Source of the DNA: Candidatus Heimdallarchaeota archaeon
GTDB taxonomy: Archaea; Asgardarchaeota; Heimdallarchaeia; JABLTI01
DNA length: 64,000 bases
Reading direction: 5' to 3'
Assembly: GCA_018238155.1 (NCBI GenBank)
Contig: JABCTZ010000046.1
Coordinates: forward strand, 160,001-224,000
The first letter of the stretch is position 1. Each line of letters opens with the position of its first letter. The notes beneath the pieces are model-generated. The model was not told the origin of the DNA, searched no databases, and saw only the letters and a list, made by a program, of their open reading frames with translations. The translations under genes and the position numbers were made by a program. Of this stretch, positions 40,202 through 48,728 are shown in pieces.

Positions 40202-40451
40202 ATGCAATTTAATCATATTTCCCTCAGCTTTAGAGAAAAGAGCATGTCTAAAAATAACTTCAAAAATGGCGATTTTGTTATTCATGCCTTTGATTTTACT
40301 ATTTTTGTCTAAATAAACATATAAAAAGAGTCAATTAGGCATTTTGAATTTTAGGTCATAAAGATACGTTTATATTAGATTATGTTGTAGTTAACATAGC
40401 GTGCTTAATGCCATTTGCACGCCATTTTGAATATTGACTATCTCCTGTTTC

Positions 40452-40486
40452 GACGCGGGGTTTCTCTACTGAGGAATTCCCGCGTC
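40452..40486 (+). repeat. GC-rich REP-like hairpin
   Basis: GACGCGGGGTTTCTC-TACT-GAGGAATTCCCGCGTC, about 15-bp stem with G-U pairs on the + strand. Confidence 0.5.
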
Positions 40487-40571
40487 TTCAATTTCGAACG
40501 AATATTTTTTACAGATAAGGACTCAAAAAATTGATAACTCTATTTGTTTTAGCAGTACTAGGAAGATAACA

Positions 40572-41087
40572 ATGATTGATGTTGAAATCAAAGCAAAATG
40601 TGAGAATCATGATTTTATCCGATCTACTTTGCAAGATAAAGGAGCTTATTACAAAGGAATAGATCATCAAACTGATGTTTACTTTAAGGTTCAAAACGGT
40701 CGTTTAAAATTGAGGAAAGGAAATATTGAGGGTGCTTTAGTTTATTATGAACGGGAGAATATCAAAGGAATCAAAACAAGCAGTTACTCTCTCTATGAAT
40801 CGAAAGAACCTGAAATTCTTGAAACTATTTTGAAATCGTCACTTGGTGTATTAGTAGAAGTTGTTAAGCGGAGAGAAATGTACTACATTGACAACATCAA
40901 ATTCAACATTGATATTGTTCAAGGACTGGGAAATTTTATTGAAATAGAAGCAATAACTGAAAATTCTGATGATATAGAAGACCTAACTAAACTAGTTGAA
41001 AATTACTTGTTAGAATTTAAAATTAGAGAAGAGGATATACAGAGTCTCTCCTATAGTGACTTGTTATTAAACAAAAAGAATAGATAA
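40572..41087 (+). CDS. cyaB: CYTH-family (class IV adenylate cyclase-like) protein
   Basis: VEIKAK, QTDVYF, RLKLR, VKRREMY, GLGNFIEIE, SYSDLL. Confidence 0.88.
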   Translation: MIDVEIKAKCENHDFIRSTLQDKGAYYKGIDHQTDVYFKVQNGRLKLRKGNIEGALVYYERENIKGIKTSSYSLYESKEPEILETILKSSLGVLVEVVKRREMYYIDNIKFNIDIVQGLGNFIEIEAITENSDDIEDLTKLVENYLLEFKIREEDIQSLSYSDLLLNKKNR

Positions 41088-41119
41088 TAAAGTCTAGAAA
41101 CAATTACTGTGTGATTTTA

Positions 41120-41941
41120 ATGAATTTAGAATTGAAAGATAAAATAGTATTAATTACTGGTGCTACTGGTGGAATAGGGGAAGCTTCTGCGAGGTTATTT
41201 GCTAAGGAAGGAGCAGATGTCATTATTCATTATCATAAAAATAGAGAGAATGCTGAGAAGTTGACTTTAGAATTTGGGGAAGAAACTCTAGCCATTCAAG
41301 CAGACCTTGCTGATGAACATCAAGTTGTAGCTATGTTTAAGTCAATTAAAGAGAAAAAAGGCAGAATTGATATCCTAATTTGTAATGCTGGGATTTGGCC
41401 TGAAGAATATATTGAAATTGAAAAAATGTCCTTTAGCCGGTGGAGAAAAACGTTATCTGTTGATCTTGATAGTGTATTCCTCTGTTGCCGTTCTTTTGTT
41501 CAACAGTTAAGAGAATTCAATGGAGATTCTGCTAGTATCATTATTGTAGGTTCTACAGCAGGAGTTTTCGGAGAAGCAGGGCATGCGGATTACGCATCAG
41601 CAAAATCGGCAATTAGTTATGGTTTTACAAAAAGCCTGAAGAATGAGATTATTCAAGTTGCACCTCTTGCTCGTGTAAATGCTGTTTGTCCTGGTTGGAC
41701 TGTATCACCTATGACTAAAAAGTATCTAGACGATGAGAATGAAGTTACGCATGTTCTAAAAACTGTTCCATTAAAGAAACTTGGCGAGTCAGAAGATGTT
41801 GCTCATATGATTGTTATTTTGGCATCAGATAAAGCTTCAGGGCATATTAATGGTGAAGTAATAACTATTGCAGGAGGAATGGAAGGCAGATCTTTACATC
41901 TTCCTGAGGAAATTGATTTCAAAAAAGCGTTCAAAAGATAA
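41120..41941 (+). CDS. Short-chain dehydrogenase/reductase
   Basis: ITGATGGIG, CNAG, ST, YASAK, RVNAVCPG. Confidence 0.93.
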   Translation: MNLELKDKIVLITGATGGIGEASARLFAKEGADVIIHYHKNRENAEKLTLEFGEETLAIQADLADEHQVVAMFKSIKEKKGRIDILICNAGIWPEEYIEIEKMSFSRWRKTLSVDLDSVFLCCRSFVQQLREFNGDSASIIIVGSTAGVFGEAGHADYASAKSAISYGFTKSLKNEIIQVAPLARVNAVCPGWTVSPMTKKYLDDENEVTHVLKTVPLKKLGESEDVAHMIVILASDKASGHINGEVITIAGGMEGRSLHLPEEIDFKKAFKR

Positions 41942-42017
41942 CTAGCTTGTGTTTCAAATAAAAAAAAAGATGAAGGAAAGCTTTAACCTCTAATGCTAGA
42001 GGATAGAGCATTCTTAC

Positions 42018-45000
42018 TTACTCTTCTTCACTCGAGATAGAGGGTTTTATGTCATCAGCTTTTAAATGTCTTTGACAAACCGGACAAGAGCCTTTCACTT
42101 TTATCCACTCAAATAAATGCTCATTATGAGCAACATTTTCACAGTGGGGACATTTTGCAGTATCTACACCAAAACTAATTGGTAATTTACAAACTGAACA
42201 TTTTACCGTTTCTATACCGCAATTGGGGCATAAATCCTCTCCAAAAGCTTTTTCGACTCCACATGAAAAACATCGAATAAGTCTTCTGTCTAATCGTTCT
42301 TTTATGACCTCTTGAGCTGCAGGTATTACCATTTCTTTTGGTTGTACACCCAAACCAATGAGGTGAGTTATTTCTTTGATTATTCTATTCTTGTAGAAAT
42401 CTGGTGCGTATTGATAGGCATATTGTAGATGTGTTAATGAATTTTGTAGATCTTCTGAATCTTTGTAAGCTAGACCAAGATCTTCTGCTACAAAATAGAG
42501 CGGTATGGTCATTTCAATTCCCAATATTCGTCTACTTTGTTCACTTAAACCATTTAATATTTGAAATTCGTTTAGAAGTGCAGCAGCTTTCTTTTCTTTG
42601 TTTTTCATTTTACGTGCATCAACAATTCTATTTAGGGGGTCTAATATCCAATCTACAATATCTAACCATTGCTCATTCTTTAACACTACAAGTGATTCTT
42701 TTGCCTTTTGCCAAAATGTCAATGTATCGAAGAATTTTCCTTCCCAAGCTAGATTTTGCCCTTGGAGTAGTAAATCTCGAGCACGGTATCCATGGAATAA
42801 TTCTAATTTTTCAGGTTGATATTCTTCACTTATTTTAATACCCATTTCCCAATTTCCTGTTGCAGAGTACTCTTTTATTAAATTATCAATTGCCTTTGAT
42901 TTGAACCAAGGTAAATCCATTACTAATGGTTCATCATCAGTAAATTGTTTTCTAATTCTTTCCTTATTCACCTTATATGTAATAACCAAAAAGGCAAAGA
43001 ATAATACAACTACAACCGCTAGCATTATCCAAAGACTGTTCAATAAATCGACGGGTAAAATATGAAAGTTTGTTTTTACTTGCACTGTTGTTGTGAATTG
43101 ATAGGTTCCCACATTTGTAATCAGGGTTATTGTTATTAGTTCAGAATAAGTTTCTTCACTATAATTGTTTGTGAGGTTTATGTTCAAATTATAAGAAGAA
43201 TTGCTTGTTGAATTAATAGTGTAATTATATGTATTTGAACTTCCAGATATATCTGCCTCTATGGTAACATTAACATCAATCTCGATTTCTAATTGATTGG
43301 TAATATCTAATTGAATTGTTTGAGTAGTATTTTCCTCCTTTCTTAAAACAATTGGATCAGGTGGAAAAGTAGTTACAAATTCAGGTAAAGCAGTTATAGT
43401 CATCGTAAATGAATGCTCATCAATAACAATATCATCCATTAGAACTTGTATAACAATGTCATCATTCGTTACGTCTTCATCAAAACCAGTTAAATTTAGA
43501 ATTATCTGATTTGGTACTTCAGTTATTGTTTGATTTATTTCAGGATGGTTTTCTAGAAATGTTTTTACTGTAAAATCATCTCTTAATCGAACATTTCCAA
43601 GCAAATCATATATTTCAATTTGAACTTTATTTGCTTCATTCTTTATGAGAAAATGTGAATTTGCTGAGACTCTCATTGGAACATATTGGGACAAGTAAAA
43701 TTCAATATAATGATCTCCTTCACTGTCGTATCCTAACCAAGAGCCAATGTTGGCATAATCCAGGTTCAAGGATGCACAGGATTTTATCCTATAGGTACTT
43801 GATTGTCCTGAAGCAATTTCTTGTGAATCATTACTTGATATTACAGAATAATGGCTTCGAGTTAAACCCAGTAAGTCATATGTAGTCAAAATAATCTCAT
43901 CACTATCATCCAAGTCAATATCAGAAATTAGCCCATCAAATGACCATCCTGGAGATAAATCGAGAGACTTTATTGTGGGAGACCCAAATGTACCAGATTG
44001 ATAACTTACTGTTACACATGAAGGATAACTAAATGCACCAATATAATGAACACCAAATAATACAATACCGGGATTTTCACTTTCGGCAATATGATATAAT
44101 TTCATATTATAAGTCCTAAATGTTTCTGAACCAAAATTCATTTGAAAAGTAGACTCAAATACATATTCCCTGGTATCATTCTTAATTATTGAAATTCCTA
44201 TTACAAATGATTCTATGGATGTTGAATTTACTCCAGAGATTATAAAATTTAAAGTATCATATTCTTCGATATAATCCATTTTAAATTCTTCTAAATCATT
44301 TGCATCCCATTCCAATATCTGAGATAATTCATATTCATTACTCGTCTGATTATACTCATATTCTGCTAAAAGATAATAATCAGTGTTGGTTGTATTTTCC
44401 CCTATGACATAGATTTCGAAGAAATCATCACTATTCACATCAAAAACAATAAATTGATCAAGAGATCCAAATATTGATGCGTTAATAGCGATTGTAGCAT
44501 TTAAAGAGAAATATCCAGCATTGATTTCTAAAATATCTATCTCAAATCTATTTGATGTTGTTATTTCTTTCAAAGCAAAGACTGTTGGATTCTGGCGTGT
44601 ACTATCAAAGCTGGTATTGATTGATTGGCAATTCAAGTACTCTGTTTCAGCTAAAGAAGTATTGAGATATATATCAGATACAAAGGGTTCCGGATTCGCA
44701 ATAATTGTATCATCGAATTCTATTAACTGAAGCAATCCATGTTTGTGGTTCGTCTGGTTTTCAATTGATCCTACTGTAACATACCCTCCATCAAAACTAT
44801 TGCTAAAATCAATTGATTTAATCTCATTCATTAGATGAGAATCATTAAAACTTAAATCAGAAGTTTTTTGTAATAAATAATCTAGCTCTGTATCTTGATA
44901 TATTTCATAACTATAACTTTCAATTAGATTAGGATCTCTCAAAGAGAACTCTTGTCTCAAATTGTTAGTAACAGCGAATGCTATTGCTAACGAACTCAAT

Positions 45001-45056
45001 ATCAAAGACGAAATTACTAAATAACTTATGAGAATCTTTTTCACTAAATCACCCAC
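42018..45056 (-). CDS. Single-pass receptor-like protein: beta-rich ectodomain, TM, helical region, Zn-ribbon and RING-like C-terminus (putative E3 ligase)
   Basis: Signal peptide; DVNSDDFFEI and DIDLDDSDEII Ca-loop motifs; TM SLWIMLAVVVVLFFAFLVITY; CFSC..CPNC; CSVC-x-CPHC-x-HNEH-LFEW-x-CPVC. Start may be GTG at 45044. Confidence 0.8.
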   Translation of the reverse strand: MGDLVKKILISYLVISSLILSSLAIAFAVTNNLRQEFSLRDPNLIESYSYEIYQDTELDYLLQKTSDLSFNDSHLMNEIKSIDFSNSFDGGYVTVGSIENQTNHKHGLLQLIEFDDTIIANPEPFVSDIYLNTSLAETEYLNCQSINTSFDSTRQNPTVFALKEITTSNRFEIDILEINAGYFSLNATIAINASIFGSLDQFIVFDVNSDDFFEIYVIGENTTNTDYYLLAEYEYNQTSNEYELSQILEWDANDLEEFKMDYIEEYDTLNFIISGVNSTSIESFVIGISIIKNDTREYVFESTFQMNFGSETFRTYNMKLYHIAESENPGIVLFGVHYIGAFSYPSCVTVSYQSGTFGSPTIKSLDLSPGWSFDGLISDIDLDDSDEIILTTYDLLGLTRSHYSVISSNDSQEIASGQSSTYRIKSCASLNLDYANIGSWLGYDSEGDHYIEFYLSQYVPMRVSANSHFLIKNEANKVQIEIYDLLGNVRLRDDFTVKTFLENHPEINQTITEVPNQIILNLTGFDEDVTNDDIVIQVLMDDIVIDEHSFTMTITALPEFVTTFPPDPIVLRKEENTTQTIQLDITNQLEIEIDVNVTIEADISGSSNTYNYTINSTSNSSYNLNINLTNNYSEETYSELITITLITNVGTYQFTTTVQVKTNFHILPVDLLNSLWIMLAVVVVLFFAFLVITYKVNKERIRKQFTDDEPLVMDLPWFKSKAIDNLIKEYSATGNWEMGIKISEEYQPEKLELFHGYRARDLLLQGQNLAWEGKFFDTLTFWQKAKESLVVLKNEQWLDIVDWILDPLNRIVDARKMKNKEKKAAALLNEFQILNGLSEQSRRILGIEMTIPLYFVAEDLGLAYKDSEDLQNSLTHLQYAYQYAPDFYKNRIIKEITHLIGLGVQPKEMVIPAAQEVIKERLDRRLIRCFSCGVEKAFGEDLCPNCGIETVKCSVCKLPISFGVDTAKCPHCENVAHNEHLFEWIKVKGSCPVCQRHLKADDIKPSISSEEE

Positions 45057-45095
45057 TATAACTTTTATTATAATTCAATAATTCCAAAAAGGAAG

Positions 45096-47276
45096 CTAAT
45101 TAACTCCCTTTTTAGATTTTTTCCGTTTTCTTATAGAAACAAAAACGCCAATTATCATCAAAGATGTCAACAGTATGCCAAATGGAATTGGTGATAGTTG
45201 AGAGGCATAAGATCTATAATACGGATCGCCAACAGTTACTTCTTCAGGACCGTAGTATAGGGAAAATGCTCCAGAACGAACAATTTGTTCAACCCAAAAG
45301 AAATATTCACCATCGGTCAGTACAATATTCTCATATGTGCTAATTGTATCAATTAGAGTCCAATCGCTATCGAAAATAGTTACAGAAGCAACGAGTTCAG
45401 TATCGTAAGGCACAAGTGTAAAGAAACCACTTCCATCAGAAATTGCTATTTGTGCTTTGAATAATATTGTTCTTCTTAACTCTGAAATTATTGGTTTATT
45501 ATTTTCAAAGTATCCAAAAGTCAATATTTCATCTACTGAAGTCCATTTTACTTTGATAGATGAGCTGCTAGTATTCCCTTGAAGTGAAACCAAAAAGTTG
45601 TTGATATATGAAGTCTTGTTAATTCTAATGATTCTTTCTGTTGAAGTAGAGTATATTGTTGATACATCGAAATCACTAGCATCTAATTCAATACTTAGAC
45701 TTTGATCAGATTCAATCCAAAGATACCCAATGTCTGAATCTCTATTATAGCTTAAATAGGAATAAGTGTTATTGAAACTAAAGCTCAATCTCTTGGTTGA
45801 ATTATCCTTTATAAAAAGAAATTCAGTTATTGAATCCATAGATATAGGATAAACTGCAATAGTGATATTGAATATAATGGTCACACCAACATTGCTAAGA
45901 CCATCCATAGCCTCAATATAAAATGAAACTTTGTCTCCTTCTACAAGATTATCAAGAGTAGTATAATATGTATTATCTATTACATCTGTGAGTATCATAA
46001 AATGCCAAGTTGGACTATATGGTCCTGTAAGCGAATCGTAAGTATAGTACATATTTACTTGAGCTATTTCAGATATATCCATAACTGTAGCATATATTTC
46101 TAATTCATAATCATTGTTTACAATATTGTTTGCTATTGTTGAAACTGTTATGGATGGCGGTGCAAGATCTATAATGATCTCTTTCGTCAATTCAGAAAAA
46201 TGATACTCATCCCCTGTTCCAGTGTTTTCAGTCCAAGAGATATTGACATTAAGATCGACAAAATACTCTCTAACCAATTCCAATGTCCAGCCCTCTATCA
46301 ATTCAGGCAAGTCAATAGGATCAGTTCCAGATTGAATATCTTCCAAGTACACACATTCACCTTCAGTGTGATCAGCAATCCATTGAAATTGGTTTTCAAC
46401 TATGCCACTTATACCTGTGATTACAGAATTGATTATCACATCCTTCTCCTTTAGAGAAGTTATAACATTCACCAATTGAGTTCCGTTATAATAATCAGCT
46501 GTTGAACCTAACCCAACGATATTCCCAGGATCACAATCTTCATCTCCAACAATAATTGCTAATTTTGGAACATCTTCACGCCAAGACCAACTATTAATTA
46601 CGGAAAAAGCATCACCCCAAGGTTCAACACCACCAGTGGCTGTCAATTCATCAATCAGATTTAATACTTCATTGTGATTGGTTGTTAATTGAACGTAATT
46701 ATTCACACTTGAGGCAGGATATTCACTATATTTATCCCAACCATAAACTATCATACCAATTCGTAATGAATTTATATTATCTGATAAGCTGTTTACAACT
46801 TCAGTAAATTTAGCTTTTATTGAACTGATTTCATCACTCATGGATCCACTTGCATCAAAAACCAAAACTACGTCTGCAGCATTTTCATCGTCAATTTGAG
46901 TCAAATTGAGAATTACTTCTACATTTATCGTAGAATTTTGGGTTGGAGAAATCAAAGCTACTTCTTGATAACTAGAGTATGTTGAAGAAAATTCTGAAAA
47001 TTCTCCATCAAGAGTAAAATTAACTTTTACATTGCTTACGGGGTTTGTACCTGTATTATCCAAATAAATCTCAGCTAATGCTCCATTGTGTCTGCCAATT
47101 GATGTTTGATTTAATGTAAAATCGATCTCCAAATCTTCAAAACTATCGGGGGTCAGATCAATAGTTTGAGGGGAATCTGGTTTTATTGCATCACCCATAG
47201 ACAGACTCACTATCAAGCTCATAATAACTAGAAATAAGGTTATTTTTTGTGTTGGCAAGAGTTTTTTCATCGTCAC
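45096..47276 (-). CDS. Membrane-anchored vWA-domain surface protein
   Basis: Signal peptide; DVVLVFDASGSM MIDAS, LRIG, ATGG.EPWGDA, WRED.PK....GDE; C-terminal TM + RKRKK. Confidence 0.88.
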   Translation of the reverse strand: MTMKKLLPTQKITLFLVIMSLIVSLSMGDAIKPDSPQTIDLTPDSFEDLEIDFTLNQTSIGRHNGALAEIYLDNTGTNPVSNVKVNFTLDGEFSEFSSTYSSYQEVALISPTQNSTINVEVILNLTQIDDENAADVVLVFDASGSMSDEISSIKAKFTEVVNSLSDNINSLRIGMIVYGWDKYSEYPASSVNNYVQLTTNHNEVLNLIDELTATGGVEPWGDAFSVINSWSWREDVPKLAIIVGDEDCDPGNIVGLGSTADYYNGTQLVNVITSLKEKDVIINSVITGISGIVENQFQWIADHTEGECVYLEDIQSGTDPIDLPELIEGWTLELVREYFVDLNVNISWTENTGTGDEYHFSELTKEIIIDLAPPSITVSTIANNIVNNDYELEIYATVMDISEIAQVNMYYTYDSLTGPYSPTWHFMILTDVIDNTYYTTLDNLVEGDKVSFYIEAMDGLSNVGVTIIFNITIAVYPISMDSITEFLFIKDNSTKRLSFSFNNTYSYLSYNRDSDIGYLWIESDQSLSIELDASDFDVSTIYSTSTERIIRINKTSYINNFLVSLQGNTSSSSIKVKWTSVDEILTFGYFENNKPIISELRRTILFKAQIAISDGSGFFTLVPYDTELVASVTIFDSDWTLIDTISTYENIVLTDGEYFFWVEQIVRSGAFSLYYGPEEVTVGDPYYRSYASQLSPIPFGILLTSLMIIGVFVSIRKRKKSKKGVN

Positions 47277-47356
47277 TCGTTCCTTCCACTTTGAGATATG
47301 CTTTGATAATGAGCTACCTCCTTACATTCCTGTTTAACTTAATCATATTTCCTACT

Positions 47357-47407
47357 TGTGAACTAAATAGTTTTTTCTAACTGTTCACAAATTGTGACTG
47401 TTCAGTC
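47357..47407. promoter_or_regulatory. Putative operator with two (A/G)ACTGTTCA boxes upstream of the vWA operon
   Basis: AACTGTTCA 47379-47387, GACTGTTCAGTC 47396-47407, TCACAA-A-TTGTGA; same core at 61966 and 62272. Confidence 0.35.
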
Positions 47408-47530
47408 GCCATTTTACTATTCAATCATTAGTTCTTTGAATCAATTTTATATTTAAAAGTTTGTAATCCAAAGATAAGAGGTATGTAAACCAAAGGAGTA
47501 TATATTAAGCCCTTTTTTTTCGACTTTTTA

Positions 47531-48634
47531 TCAAAAGGTAGGCATCATTTTGATTTCAATACCATTTATTGTAAAATATCTCTTCATTAGATTAGCGGTC
47601 ATACAAGAATGAATTGGAATAATAAAGAGAATATCACCAACTTCTATTTGTTTTTGAAATTCTTTTGACGCATGAACAAGTCCATGTTCTTGACTAATTG
47701 ATTTAACGTAGGCGTTTGCATTTATTTTTCCCCAACCGCTTTTCGTTGGTAAAGTAACCGCACCATAGGTTTTTTGGTTTTCATTTATTAGTAAATGTTC
47801 TTTTGATAAATGAATACCTCCTCCATAGACAATTATCTCTTCACGTTGAGGATGTAGAGCTACTATTGGACATGCCAATGCTACAGCAATTTGATCTTCT
47901 GAACAAGAGCCCAGTTCTAGTTGAGACAGGTCATAAAAAACAAAATTGCCAGGACGAATTTCATCAATACCTATAAAATCATTGATAATGCTACAACTTG
48001 GTGTGTCACCAATTGAGAGTTTTACAATGGAAAATCCTTGCAGTAACAATCTTTCTTGAATATTTTTTAATTTTAGAATGGTATCTTCATAAATTTCTTC
48101 TATCTCTTCTTTTGATTTAGTTGAGTATGTATTTCCAGAATGAACTAATAACCCCTCAAAAAGTAAATTCTTAGTAGATTTTACTGTACGAATTAGTTTG
48201 GAAAGTGTTCCTTCATCATTCCAATCAATACCTGTTCGATGATATCCTGCATCTGTTTTGATCCAGAGATTAATTTGTGATGTAATATTTTCTTTGAGAA
48301 ATTCGATTACATCCAACGATTCAACTAGTAGGTTCAAAGTAATTTTTTTAGCTAATTTATTTACTCGAGCAATTTGAAGAATGTTAAACGGAAAAGCAAT
48401 AGTAATATCTTTCCAACCATTTTCTTCGAAATACTCAGCCATATCTATTGAAGAAACAGCAATTTTTTCTACTCCAAATTCTCTAAACCATTCACCCACG
48501 ATTGCAGATTGATGTGTTTTGAAATGGGGACGAAAAGCAACTTTGCTCTTGTTTGCTTTTTCAACCATTTTCCGGATATTTTTCTTTACTCTTACTTCAT
48601 TAATTACTAGGGTTGGTTTCTCAACAAATAACAT
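47531..48634 (-). CDS. Fold-type III PLP enzyme (D-serine dehydratase/D-threonine aldolase, DSD1-like)
   Basis: RPHFKTH (PLP Lys), RTG, HSG, GDTP, EIRPGNFVFYD, SQEHG, PIHSC. Confidence 0.88.
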   Translation of the reverse strand: MLFVEKPTLVINEVRVKKNIRKMVEKANKSKVAFRPHFKTHQSAIVGEWFREFGVEKIAVSSIDMAEYFEENGWKDITIAFPFNILQIARVNKLAKKITLNLLVESLDVIEFLKENITSQINLWIKTDAGYHRTGIDWNDEGTLSKLIRTVKSTKNLLFEGLLVHSGNTYSTKSKEEIEEIYEDTILKLKNIQERLLLQGFSIVKLSIGDTPSCSIINDFIGIDEIRPGNFVFYDLSQLELGSCSEDQIAVALACPIVALHPQREEIIVYGGGIHLSKEHLLINENQKTYGAVTLPTKSGWGKINANAYVKSISQEHGLVHASKEFQKQIEVGDILFIIPIHSCMTANLMKRYFTINGIEIKMMPTF

Positions 48635-48728
48635 AATTACTGCACCTACAAATAATTGTCCTTAACGTTATTTTAACATTATTTATTAAAATATGAAATA
48701 AAAAAAAGAGGTTAAAGAAGAAATGAAA

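Noticed and set aside
42404-44730. Plus-strand ORFs inside the RING receptor gene (and similar short antisense or out-of-frame ORFs across the window)
   Set aside because: Fully overlapped by longer motif-supported genes; no independent evidence.
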